Origin: Sphingobacteriales bacterium | GTDB taxonomy: Bacteria; Bacteroidota; Bacteroidia; Sphingobacteriales; Sphingobacteriaceae | Assembly (NCBI GenBank): GCA_015655115.1 | Contig: JAATFQ010000158.1 | Span: 2,183-66,182 of the forward strand | Direction: 5' to 3' | Length of the DNA stretch: 64,000 nt | In this document: piece after piece, positions 16,862 through 26,638 of the stretch | Layout of the letters: each line of letters opens with the position of its first letter | Position numbering within the stretch: the first letter of the stretch is position 1 | Notes under the pieces: generated by a model | Seen by the model: the letters and a program-made list of their open reading frames with translations, nothing else | Told to the model about the DNA's origin: nothing | Database searches by the model: none | Program-made: the position numbers and the translations under genes

Positions 16862-17487
16862 TAGATATATCAATTGATAAAAAGATAAAAACATATAAGG
16901 GCATCAGCAGGCTCGTGATTAAAACCCATATAGAGAAATATTCAGTTACTAAAGTATTTGGGTCTTCTGGCTCAGGGAAGACTACTTTTCTGAAAATTCT
17001 TGCTGGCCTGATTTCTCCGGAAAGGGGTATTATAACCGTTGACGGAGAAATATGGCTGGATACTGGCAAACACATTAACCTGAGTCCGCAGAAGAGGCAG
17101 GCGGCTTTTGTATTTCAGGATTATGCTTTATTCCCTAATATGACAGTTTTAGCACATCTTAATTATGCGACCAGCGATAACGAACTGATAGAAAGACTGC
17201 TGCAAATAGGGAAAATGAGCCCGTTTACAGCCCACAAACCCAGTCAGTTATCCGGAGGCCAACAGCAACGGCTGGCTATTTTAAGAGCTTTGGCTATGAG
17301 GCCCAATTTGTTGCTGATGGATGAAGCATTCTCAGCACTGGATGATGATTTGCGCGAAAGCCTGATTGCTGATATAAAGTTTCTGTTGAAAGAATTTGGT
17401 ACAACTACATTGATAGTGAGCCACCATGCTCAGGAAACTGCTGGATTTGCAGATCATTCATTGAAGATTGAACTGGAAGAGAAATAG
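16858..17487 (+). CDS. modC: Molybdate ABC transporter ATPase (short form, no TOBE domain)
   Basis: GSSGSGKT, FQDYALFP, LSGGQQQR and LLLMDE motifs. Confidence 0.88.
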   Translation: MIDISIDKKIKTYKGISRLVIKTHIEKYSVTKVFGSSGSGKTTFLKILAGLISPERGIITVDGEIWLDTGKHINLSPQKRQAAFVFQDYALFPNMTVLAHLNYATSDNELIERLLQIGKMSPFTAHKPSQLSGGQQQRLAILRALAMRPNLLLMDEAFSALDDDLRESLIADIKFLLKEFGTTTLIVSHHAQETAGFADHSLKIELEEK

Positions 17488-17618
17488 TATATATTCATCC
17501 ACATATGTTGACACAGGTTTGTTAAAATATGCCAAATGATGTTAAATGTTCAATAAACGTTTATTATATATTATAAATACTTTAGTTAACAAATAGGTTT
17601 TATTAAATTTGCAATACA

Positions 17619-18425
17619 ATGATTATATATAAAACAGAAGACGAAATAAAATTAATGCAAACCAGCGCATTGCTTGTAAGTGCTGCTTTATCCGAAATCG
17701 CTAAAGTATTAAAACCAGGAATGACGACGCTTGATATCGACAGGTTAGCTGTTGAATTTATGAGGGACAACAAGTCTGAACCTTCATTCCTTAATTATAA
17801 TGGTTATCCTCACAATATATGCACTTCGGTAAATGACGTAGTAGTTCATGGCTTCCCCAATGATGTGCCTTTACGTGAAGGTGATATTGTATCTGTAGAT
17901 GTAGGCGTATATAAAAATGGTTTCCACGGTGACCATGCCTATACTTTTATATTAGGAGATGTAGCTCCTGAGGTTTTAAAGCTGGTAAGGATAACAAAAG
18001 AATCCCTTTTTGAAGGAATAAAACATGCCGTAGTTGGAAAACGGGTAGGTGATATTTCAAATGCCATTCAGGAATATACTGAAAAAGAAGGCTATGGTGT
18101 GGTAAGAGAGTTGGTGGGACATGGTTTGGGACGTGCGATGCATGAAGATCCTCAGGTTCCGAATTATGGCAGAAAAGGTTCCGGAACGATGATGAAAGAA
18201 AATCTTGTCCTGGCTATTGAACCTATGATTAACCTCGGCACCAGACATATCTATACTGATGATGACGGCTGGACAATAAGAACTGAAGACGGAAAACCTT
18301 CAGTACATTTTGAACATGATGTATGTATCAGAAAAGGCGAAGCTTTTATTTTATCTGATTATACGCCAATACAAATTGCAGAGAAAGCGAATAAGAACCT
18401 GAATTCTTCTTATTACGAACTATAA
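17619..18425 (+). CDS. map: Methionine aminopeptidase type I
   Basis: 'CTSVND.VVHG', 'DVGV..GFHGD', 'GHGLG..MHEDP', 'AIEPM' and 'HFEH'. TAAATTTG -7 element at 17604. Confidence 0.97.
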   Translation: MIIYKTEDEIKLMQTSALLVSAALSEIAKVLKPGMTTLDIDRLAVEFMRDNKSEPSFLNYNGYPHNICTSVNDVVVHGFPNDVPLREGDIVSVDVGVYKNGFHGDHAYTFILGDVAPEVLKLVRITKESLFEGIKHAVVGKRVGDISNAIQEYTEKEGYGVVRELVGHGLGRAMHEDPQVPNYGRKGSGTMMKENLVLAIEPMINLGTRHIYTDDDGWTIRTEDGKPSVHFEHDVCIRKGEAFILSDYTPIQIAEKANKNLNSSYYEL

Positions 18426-18444
18426 TTATATTGGTATTTTAAAC

Positions 18445-18481
18445 AAAAAAAGCTGTATCATTCAACATGATCAGCTTTTTT
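18445..18481 (+). terminator. Intrinsic terminator after map
   Basis: AAAAAAAGCTGTATCAT...ATGATCAGCTTTTTT. Confidence 0.6.
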
Positions 18482-18625
18482 AATTTACCTGGCAAGAAGT
18501 CAGTTTGCATACTTCTCCTGATAGTTCAATCTGCAAGCGTAGGGTGCAGGATAAAACCATACTTCCAGAATCAGCATAAATATCATACTTTTATAGGAAT
18601 ATCTATCTGAATATTTTTCGACCCT

Positions 18626-21220
18626 ATGAGTTTACCTTCTTCCTATAACCCTGTACCGTTTCTAAGGGAACATTATAAAATTCTCGGCAGTTACATTTTC
18701 ACTCTTTTCTTTATCGGGCTGGCTATCTGGTTTATTAAGCATGAAAGAGCAGAATTGCAGCAGGTTAGGGCTTTAGTAGTTACTTCCAGATGGGATTGGA
18801 TCACTATCGGCATAGTGCTAAGTGTGGTATATATATTTATCCACGGACTGATGTACAGGTCTTCGTTTGCTGCTGTAGGAAGCAAAGTCTCAATAGGCGA
18901 CGCGAGTATGCTTTTCCTGAAGAGGAATTTTGTGAGTGTTTTTTTACCCGCCGGAGGTGTTTCTTCACTTGCATTTTTTAGTGGAAATATCGAATCTAAA
19001 GGAGTAAGCAAATCGCAGATCAACTTTGCTTCTTCAATATATGGTTTCGTAGGCATTCTCTCGGTTCTTGTAATTGCTATCCCGGTTTTTGTGTATGCTA
19101 TTTTCCAGGGAAGTATTGGCATGGGAGAATGGTTTGGACTTATTGCCGCTTTTGCACTGATTGGCTTTGTTTATTTATTATTCAGGTCTGTTATTTCAAA
19201 TGGCAGGATATATAGAATGATAACCCGCTATATTCCTGTTATAGAAGTTTACCTAGGTGATTTCAGAACAAATAAGATTGAACGGAATAGCTTCATCAGC
19301 ACTTTTTTGTACAGCATGCTGATAGAGATCATCGGTATCGTCCATATTTATATTGCGATGGTCGCTTTAAATATAGCACCATCGATCGTTGTAGCTACAG
19401 TGGCCTATGTTGTTGCGGTGGTATTTTTAATCATATCTCCTTTTTTACGTGGACTGGGTGCTGTTGAGGCATCTATGACTTTTATGCTGATCAAATTGGG
19501 TTATAGCGAAGCTGAAGCAGTATCTGTTACCATTTTGTACAGATTTATGGAGTTCTGGATTCCATTAATGCTTGGGGCACTGAGCTTTCTCCTAAAAATA
19601 AATAAGTTGCTGATGCGCATAATTCCTGCGTTGCTGATCCTGACCCTGGGCATAGTGAACATAGTGTCGGTGCTTACCCCGGCTATTCATGAACGTCTTG
19701 TTTTCCTGAAAAATTTCCTGCCGGTTTCTGCCATTGCTGTGTCCAATTATTTTGTACTTGTTGCCGGGCTTTTTTTGTTGGTTACTGCTGCATTTATGCT
19801 GAAGGGGCTAAAGATGGCCTGGTATATTGCGCTGGGCTTGTGTCTGCTTTCTCTTATAGGTAACCTTACCAAAGCAATTGATTATGAAGAGGCTGTGTTT
19901 TCGCTGGTGGTTATCGTAGGGCTGCTGGCTTCAAGGAAAGAATACTATGTGAAGCACAATTCAAAGCTAAGGTATATAGGTATCCAAACGACTTTACTGA
20001 GTGTTGGTGCTATCATTTTATATGGTGTGATAGGTTTTTATTATCTTGATGCAAGACATTTTAATGTGGATTTCAGTCTTCGCCAATCGGTTAAATATAC
20101 ACTGGAAAATTTTGTGCTGATAGAAAGTTCAGAACTGATTCCCCGTGATTCATTTGCAAAGGGCTTTTTGTACTCGATTAATATCAGTGGTTTCCTATCT
20201 ATGGCCTTCCTGTTTTATACGCTCGTCCGTCCCTATATTATGAAAGACACCACCGGGGATGAAGAGTTTAACTGGGCAAATTTACAGCTGGAGAAATATG
20301 GCAACTCCGCTATGGATTATTTCAAAACTTATCATGATAAGCTGATCTACCGTAACCCTGATATCGAGGGCTTTGTTTCATACCGCATATCGGGCAATTT
20401 TGCCGTAGTTCTGGAAACACCTGTTACAGCACCGGAGAACTTAAAAGCTTTTATTAAGGCCTTTGATAAATACTGTTTTGAAAGTGGCCTGAAAAGCTTC
20501 TATTACCGTGTGCCTGAGGAGGCCATGGAAACATTTATGGAATGCGGCAAAAAACGTCTGTATCTTGGCCAGGAAGGAATAGTAGACCTGACTACCTTTA
20601 CGCTGGAGGGCGGAAGCAGGAAATCTATCCGTAATGCCTTGAAAAAAGTGTCCGAAAAAGGTTACCACTGTAATATCTATGCTGCTCCTGTGAAAGATGG
20701 GTTGCTGCAGAAAATTAAATCTGTTTCTGACGAATGGCTTGCTGATACGGAGCGTGAAGAAATTGTATTTTCTCAGGGAATGTTTCTGTGGGAAGAACTT
20801 AAAGAGCAGACAATTATCACCGTAGAGAATGCTGAGGAGAAGATTGTTGCATTCTTAAATGTTATTCCTGATTATGCCAGCGGTGAAGGTACCTATGATT
20901 TAATAAGAAAAACTAAAGATGCACCTAACGGTGTGATCGATTTTATTCTTGTCGCACTTTTCAAGTACCTGAAAGATACTGGCTGCACTTCTGTGAACAT
21001 TGGATTCGCACCGCTATCAGGTTTAATGGACCCTAAAAATCTGCCCGAACGGTCGATGAAGTTTGCTTATGAAAAGATTAAATCATTTTCTCACTATAAA
21101 GGGCTGAGGGATGCAAAGGATAAATTTTCGCCGGTATGGCACAATAAATATCTGGTTTATGATCAGGACTACGACCTTATACAGGTTCCTGCTGTGCTGG
21201 CAAAAGTGATTAAACCGTAA
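18626..21220 (+). CDS. mprF: Aminoacyl-phosphatidylglycerol synthase/flippase (MprF/LpiA-like)
   Basis: Many N-terminal TM helices and 'KAIDYEEA'. C-terminal DUF2156 with 'DLIR...APNGVIDF', 'GFAPLSG' and 'GLR..KDKFSP.W'. Confidence 0.88.
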   Translation: MSLPSSYNPVPFLREHYKILGSYIFTLFFIGLAIWFIKHERAELQQVRALVVTSRWDWITIGIVLSVVYIFIHGLMYRSSFAAVGSKVSIGDASMLFLKRNFVSVFLPAGGVSSLAFFSGNIESKGVSKSQINFASSIYGFVGILSVLVIAIPVFVYAIFQGSIGMGEWFGLIAAFALIGFVYLLFRSVISNGRIYRMITRYIPVIEVYLGDFRTNKIERNSFISTFLYSMLIEIIGIVHIYIAMVALNIAPSIVVATVAYVVAVVFLIISPFLRGLGAVEASMTFMLIKLGYSEAEAVSVTILYRFMEFWIPLMLGALSFLLKINKLLMRIIPALLILTLGIVNIVSVLTPAIHERLVFLKNFLPVSAIAVSNYFVLVAGLFLLVTAAFMLKGLKMAWYIALGLCLLSLIGNLTKAIDYEEAVFSLVVIVGLLASRKEYYVKHNSKLRYIGIQTTLLSVGAIILYGVIGFYYLDARHFNVDFSLRQSVKYTLENFVLIESSELIPRDSFAKGFLYSINISGFLSMAFLFYTLVRPYIMKDTTGDEEFNWANLQLEKYGNSAMDYFKTYHDKLIYRNPDIEGFVSYRISGNFAVVLETPVTAPENLKAFIKAFDKYCFESGLKSFYYRVPEEAMETFMECGKKRLYLGQEGIVDLTTFTLEGGSRKSIRNALKKVSEKGYHCNIYAAPVKDGLLQKIKSVSDEWLADTEREEIVFSQGMFLWEELKEQTIITVENAEEKIVAFLNVIPDYASGEGTYDLIRKTKDAPNGVIDFILVALFKYLKDTGCTSVNIGFAPLSGLMDPKNLPERSMKFAYEKIKSFSHYKGLRDAKDKFSPVWHNKYLVYDQDYDLIQVPAVLAKVIKP

Positions 21221-21264
21221 TGATAATGCGCATACTAGCTTCATAACCTGTAAAGACATATCAA

Positions 21265-21999
21265 TTGATGAAACAATTATTATTACTCTGTATCCTTCTG
21301 GGCGGTTTAAAAAGCGCATCGCTGGCTATTCCTTCCATGTCGCCTCATGCTGATATTACTGGTGCGGATATATATAATGACGATTTACCCTTAAAGCTCA
21401 TCCCGGCAGCTAAAAAATCAAATCTCCCTGTATTTTTTATGATCTCTGGTGATGGGGGCTGGACCAGCTTTGATCAGTCGTTTGCAGAAGCGCTGGCGGC
21501 TAAAGGGATACCTGTTGTGGGACTCGACGCGCAGAAATATTTCTGGTCGGCCAGGACACCTGAAAAGACAACGGAAGATTTGAGCAAAGCTATTTCTCAC
21601 TATATGGCTCAGCTGAACAAAGATAAAGTAGTGCTGGTAGGCTATTCTTTTGGCGGCTCTGTTGTTCCCTTTATTGCGAACCGTTTACCTGCTGCACTAA
21701 AAATGCAGCTTGCAGGGGTGCTGGCAATTTCTCCGGATGTGCTGGCAGATTTTGAAATTCACGTGGCCGACATGCTGAATTTTGGTGGTCCACGTGGTAA
21801 GTATAACGTTTTAGCTGAAATGAAGAAAGCTAAAGCCCTTCAGCCCGTGGTCTTTTTTGGAAAATCTGAAGGGAATAAGATTGCAGGCCGCTTTATCAAA
21901 GATGGATGCAAAACGGTGATATTGCCCGGCAATCATCATTATGGTAATGATTTTCACGGTCTCGCCGATGCCATGGTTAAAAATATTGATATAAATTAG
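21265..21999 (+). CDS. acvB: AcvB/VirJ family aminoacyl-phosphatidylglycerol hydrolase
   Basis: Signal peptide, SGDGGW, GYSFG nucleophile elbow and 'LPGNHHY'. Follows mprF. Confidence 0.85.
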   Translation: MMKQLLLLCILLGGLKSASLAIPSMSPHADITGADIYNDDLPLKLIPAAKKSNLPVFFMISGDGGWTSFDQSFAEALAAKGIPVVGLDAQKYFWSARTPEKTTEDLSKAISHYMAQLNKDKVVLVGYSFGGSVVPFIANRLPAALKMQLAGVLAISPDVLADFEIHVADMLNFGGPRGKYNVLAEMKKAKALQPVVFFGKSEGNKIAGRFIKDGCKTVILPGNHHYGNDFHGLADAMVKNIDIN

Positions 22000-22025
22000 A
22001 TCACTGATATAAATTAGACCTATAG

Positions 22026-23237
22026 ATGAATGCCAAGCTTTTAAAACTAGTCAGCATCTCGGCAGCACCATCCAGAGTTATCGCCGGACTCATGTCGGGG
22101 ACATCATTAGACGGCCTGGATATTGCATTATGTGAGTTCCACGGGGCCGGACTGGATACACAATTGAAAGTACTTCATTTTATTACAATGCCTTATGATC
22201 AGGATTTTAAGGAAGAGCTAAAGGCGATATCTTTTAAGGATCAGGTAGCGTTGCAAAATGTGACGTTGATGAATGCTAAAATTGGCACTTATTCTGCCGC
22301 ATTGGTTCTAAAAGCTTTATCGGTATGGAACTTTCCGGTTGAGAGGGTAGATCTGATTGCCAGTCACGGACAGACGATATTCCATGCACCCAGGTCGTTA
22401 CATCATCATGATGAGTGGCCTAATGCTACCTTACAGATAGGTGATGGCGACCATATTGCTGAGATGACTGGGGTAATTACTCTTAGCGATTTCAGACAAA
22501 AACATATTGCCGCAGGCGGAGAGGGAGCTCCGCTGGCGGTATATGGCGACTATCTGCTATTTTCTTCGGCTACTGAAAACAGGATTTTGCTAAACATAGG
22601 AGGAATATCTAATTTCACTTATCTTCCGGCAGGAAGAAATCCGGATCAGGTATTTTCTACAGATGTGGGTCCGGGTAATACTTTGATGGACCAGTTTGTA
22701 CAATTGCATTTCCCCGGGAAATATTTCGATAAAGATGCTGAAATAGCCGGGTCTGGCCAAGTCAGTACACTGCTGGTTGAAGCATTGCTCGACAATGAGT
22801 TTTTTAGCCTGTCATTTCCGAAGACTACAGGACCAGAGCTATTCAATATTGCTTATTTAGATGCTGCGATTGCAGGTATTGAGGCAAAGCCTTCGGGAAC
22901 GGACTCTACGCTTTCAAAAGCAGATATTCTGGCTTCACTATGTGAATTTACTGCACTGGCCATTGTCAATGCAATTAAAAAGTCCGTTGCAGATCAATCA
23001 TTCAAAATATATCTTAGCGGGGGCGGCATGCATAACCCGGTGTTGACAGCGCGCATCAGCAAGCACTTAGGCACCACATTGAATAATACAGCAGATTTGG
23101 GAATAGATCCCGATGCAAAGGAAGCCGTGTTATTTGCCCTGCTTGCCAACGAATGCGTATCAGGAGGAGATACCGGCTATGGAAGCCGGCCGGGCATCCC
23201 GGCGGTAACGATGGGCAAAATCAGCCTTCCGGGATGA
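22026..23237 (+). CDS. anmK: Anhydro-N-acetylmuramic acid kinase
   Basis: GLMSGTSLDG, SHGQT, GGEGAPL, LNIGGISN and DVGPGN motifs. Confidence 0.96.
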   Translation: MNAKLLKLVSISAAPSRVIAGLMSGTSLDGLDIALCEFHGAGLDTQLKVLHFITMPYDQDFKEELKAISFKDQVALQNVTLMNAKIGTYSAALVLKALSVWNFPVERVDLIASHGQTIFHAPRSLHHHDEWPNATLQIGDGDHIAEMTGVITLSDFRQKHIAAGGEGAPLAVYGDYLLFSSATENRILLNIGGISNFTYLPAGRNPDQVFSTDVGPGNTLMDQFVQLHFPGKYFDKDAEIAGSGQVSTLLVEALLDNEFFSLSFPKTTGPELFNIAYLDAAIAGIEAKPSGTDSTLSKADILASLCEFTALAIVNAIKKSVADQSFKIYLSGGGMHNPVLTARISKHLGTTLNNTADLGIDPDAKEAVLFALLANECVSGGDTGYGSRPGIPAVTMGKISLPG

Positions 23238-23356
23238 TGCTTTGCCCAGTCAATTAATTTTACATTTCAATTTCAAAACATTCTTTAGTTTTAACTGTCG
23301 TTAATCAAAGAATATTTCAGATATTCTGCGACATATATGCGGATAATTGACAAAGT

Positions 23357-24652
23357 ATGCGAAAAAGAGTAATTATAATAGGCGGTGGATTCGGAGGAAT
23401 TAACCTTGCCCAGGCATTGGGTAAAAACAAAGACTATGAAGTAACGCTGGTAGATAAAAATAACTATAACTTCTTTCCTCCCTTAATTTACCAGGTGGCA
23501 ACTGCTTATTTGGAACCTTCGGCAATTAGTTATCCGATCCGTAAGCTTTTCAGGTACAAGAAAAATCTGCATTTCAGATTGGGAGAATTGCTGAAAGTAA
23601 TGCCCGAAGAAAATAAGATTCTACTGAGCAATGGCATACTGGAATATGATGAGCTCGTATTTGCAATGGGAGCGGAGACAAACTATTTCGGAATGGATAA
23701 TGTAAAGAAATTTGCCATTCCTATGAAGACGCTTGGTGATGCCATACAAATGCGCAACAGGCTGCTGACACACCTTGAAGAAGCAGCTATAGCAACTGAA
23801 AAAGAGGAGATATTAAAATATCTGAATATTGTTGTAGCCGGTGGGGGACCAACTGGAGTGGAGATCTCAGGAATGTTTGCCGAAATGCGGTCGAGTATTA
23901 TTAGAAAAGACTATCCCGAATTGATAAACAGCGGCGCTAAAATTTATCTGGTAGACGGCGGACATGCTTTGTTAAAACCGATGAGCGAGAAGTCACAGCA
24001 GCATACTTACGAAGCTTTAACAAAACTTGGTGTTGAAATTGTTCTCGACAGCCATGTAAATGACTTTGTTGACGATAAGGTAATGATCTCTGACGGAACA
24101 GTAATTCATACCAAAAACCTGATCTGGGCTGCCGGTGTGAGTGCTATGGCTGTTGATGGTATCCCTGTGACCAGTTATGGAAGAGGGAAAAGGCTGTTGG
24201 TTAATCCCTATCATCAGGTAGCTGGTTTTGAGCATATCTATGCTATTGGTGACACCTGTTTCCAGACTGGCGACACTAATTTTCCTGAGGGACATCCGCA
24301 GGTAGCACAGGTAGCTATCCAGCAGGCGAAGAATCTGGCGCATAATTTCAGGCAGCTCGCATTGGGTAAACCTGCGCGCGGCTTTCTGTATACCGATAAA
24401 GGCAGTATGGCGATAATAGGGAAAAATAAGGCAGTGGTAGACTTGCCGAAACCTCATGTCCATATGAGCGGATTTATCGCATGGCTCACCTGGTTGTTTA
24501 TACATTTACTTTCTCTGATTTCTTATAGAAACAGGTTTAACACAATGTACAACTGGACTGTAGCTTATTTCTCCAATGATCAGTCGTTAAGGATGATTAT
24601 CAGGCCGGTAGATAAACCGGCCGACCATGAACCAGTAAAGGTTATCAAATAG
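23357..24652 (+). CDS. ndh: Type II NADH dehydrogenase
   Basis: GGGFGG, PLIYQVAT, GGGPTGVE, AIGD and AQVAIQQ motifs. Confidence 0.9.
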   Translation: MRKRVIIIGGGFGGINLAQALGKNKDYEVTLVDKNNYNFFPPLIYQVATAYLEPSAISYPIRKLFRYKKNLHFRLGELLKVMPEENKILLSNGILEYDELVFAMGAETNYFGMDNVKKFAIPMKTLGDAIQMRNRLLTHLEEAAIATEKEEILKYLNIVVAGGGPTGVEISGMFAEMRSSIIRKDYPELINSGAKIYLVDGGHALLKPMSEKSQQHTYEALTKLGVEIVLDSHVNDFVDDKVMISDGTVIHTKNLIWAAGVSAMAVDGIPVTSYGRGKRLLVNPYHQVAGFEHIYAIGDTCFQTGDTNFPEGHPQVAQVAIQQAKNLAHNFRQLALGKPARGFLYTDKGSMAIIGKNKAVVDLPKPHVHMSGFIAWLTWLFIHLLSLISYRNRFNTMYNWTVAYFSNDQSLRMIIRPVDKPADHEPVKVIK

Positions 24653-24755
24653 ATGGAGTATGATTTTAACTTATTGTCTTTTATTTGACATTATATGCAT
24701 TGGTATTGGCTAAATTATAAATAGTTTTGCGCCCTACAATTTTAAAGCCATTCTC

Positions 24756-25940
24756 ATGATCAGCCATAAACAACTCTTTCTGTTAAATAATGCTCAAACC
24801 TCTGCAAGTCCGAATTTTCTTGAAGTAGACCATGCAGAGGGCATTTATTTGTATGATATAGAAGGGAAGAAGTATATGGATCTTGTTTCTGGATTTGCCG
24901 TCAGCAATATTGGACACAGACACCCGAAGGTGATTGATGCAATAAAAGAGCAGCTTGATAAATACCTGCATCTTACTGTTTATGGTGAGTTTATCCAGTC
25001 GCCCATGGTAAAGTTTGCTGAAAAACTGATCAGTGTTTTACCGGGTTCATTAAACAACGTTTATTTTGTTAATTCTGGCACTGAAGCAACTGAGGGAGCA
25101 CTGAAACTGTCAAAACGTTTTACTGGCAGATCAGGAATTGTCTCCTGCAAGAATGCTTATCACGGGAGTACCCATGGTGCTTTAAGTGTGATGGGCAATG
25201 AGCATTTTAAACAAGCCTACCGGCCTTTACTGCCTGATGTAAGCTTTATTAATTTTGGGCGTGAGGAAGATCTTGAAAATATTACTGCTCACACTGCCTG
25301 TGTGATCATGGAGACAGTACAGGGCGAAGCAGGTATCAGGGTTGCCTCCCTGACCTATATGCAAAAATTAAGAGCCAGGTGTACCGAAGTAGGCGCCTTA
25401 TTAATTCTTGACGAAATACAGGCCGCATTTGGCCGTACAGGAGAGCTTTTTGCTTTTGAACATTACGGCATAGTGCCGGATATACTTTTACTGGCGAAGG
25501 CACTTGGTGGCGGGATGCCTATAGGTGCTTTTGTGGCTAATAGGGAAGTAATGGGAGTGCTAAAGGAAAACCCGATTTTAGGACATATCACTACTTTCGG
25601 GGGTCACCCTGTTTCCAGTGTAGCGGGATTGGCGAGCTTGAATGTTATTATTGATGAAGATCTGGTGAGGGATGTGACCAAAAAGGGAGAGCTATTCCGA
25701 TCGTTGCTTGTCCATCCTAAAATTAAAGAAGTCAGAGGTATTGGCTTAATGATGAGCGTACAGTTGGATACATTTGAGCAGGTAGAGCAGGCAAGCCGTC
25801 TCTGTGGTGCCGATGGAGTGGTAATAGACTGGTTTTTACATTGTGAAAATGCTTTGAGGATAGCCCCTCCGCTGATTATTACTGAAGAAGAGATTAAACT
25901 CGCCTGCGCAGTTATCCTGAAAGCATTGGATCAGCTATAG
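24756..25940 (+). CDS. Class III PLP-dependent aminotransferase (acetylornithine aminotransferase-like)
   Basis: NSGTEA, YHGST, ETVQGEAG, DEIQ, AKALGGG and HITTFGG motifs. Substrate uncertain. Confidence 0.88.
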   Translation: MISHKQLFLLNNAQTSASPNFLEVDHAEGIYLYDIEGKKYMDLVSGFAVSNIGHRHPKVIDAIKEQLDKYLHLTVYGEFIQSPMVKFAEKLISVLPGSLNNVYFVNSGTEATEGALKLSKRFTGRSGIVSCKNAYHGSTHGALSVMGNEHFKQAYRPLLPDVSFINFGREEDLENITAHTACVIMETVQGEAGIRVASLTYMQKLRARCTEVGALLILDEIQAAFGRTGELFAFEHYGIVPDILLLAKALGGGMPIGAFVANREVMGVLKENPILGHITTFGGHPVSSVAGLASLNVIIDEDLVRDVTKKGELFRSLLVHPKIKEVRGIGLMMSVQLDTFEQVEQASRLCGADGVVIDWFLHCENALRIAPPLIITEEEIKLACAVILKALDQL

Positions 25941-25963
25941 TTTATAGCTAAACCTCAAACACC

Positions 25964-26326
25964 TTATGAAGCCAGCTGAAAATACACCTTATCAATCAGT
26001 TCGCCGGCATTGAATGGTTTATTGAGGTAATCATTGTGGCCATAATCTTTGTTTTCGACACCAGAATTCTGAAGTCCGGAAATCAGGATGATTGGAATGT
26101 GCTTTAGTGCTGAGCTAGCTTTTATGGCCATACATATTTCCCTTCCGTCGTAACCGTCAAGAAGTACATCCATTAAGATAAGATCTGGTTTTTCCTGTAA
26201 GATTACATCTATTGCATCTCTGCCTGTGGAACACGTGATTAAATCCCAGTCTACAAAATCAAGTACGGATTCAAGTGCTTCTAATATTTCTTTATCGTCG
26301 TCAAATATTACTATTTTCTTATTCAT
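25964..26326 (-). CDS. Single-domain response regulator receiver protein
   Basis: 'IVIFDDD', 'PDLILMDV' and 'KPF'. No output domain. Confidence 0.92.
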   Translation of the reverse strand: MNKKIVIFDDDKEILEALESVLDFVDWDLITCSTGRDAIDVILQEKPDLILMDVLLDGYDGREICMAIKASSALKHIPIILISGLQNSGVENKDYGHNDYLNKPFNAGELIDKVYFQLAS

Positions 26327-26638
26327 ATTTATTGTTCTCGTAAACAGGAGCGTAAATGCTTAAGGATTTTATTTCTGTATATCTTTTTGTTTTTTAATGC
26401 TTTAGTATTTATAACCATCCGGTATTTAAAAACAAATGCTTGTATGTCTGAACAAATGAAGTTTGTAATTGTTCAAAATATATGATTAAATTATCCCAGG
26501 TCATAACGAGATTAAATATGAAAGCGAAATACACTTTATAACCCATAAATATTATCATATTCTGATGAAACTTGATTTGATGCATAACAATACACATAGA
26601 TTTGATGAGGATGCCTCTGAAACTCATACCCCGATACA

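Noticed and set aside
24017-24505. 162-aa minus-strand ORF and the many similar short antisense ORFs in the track
   Set aside because: They lie wholly opposite well-supported genes and have no motifs of their own.
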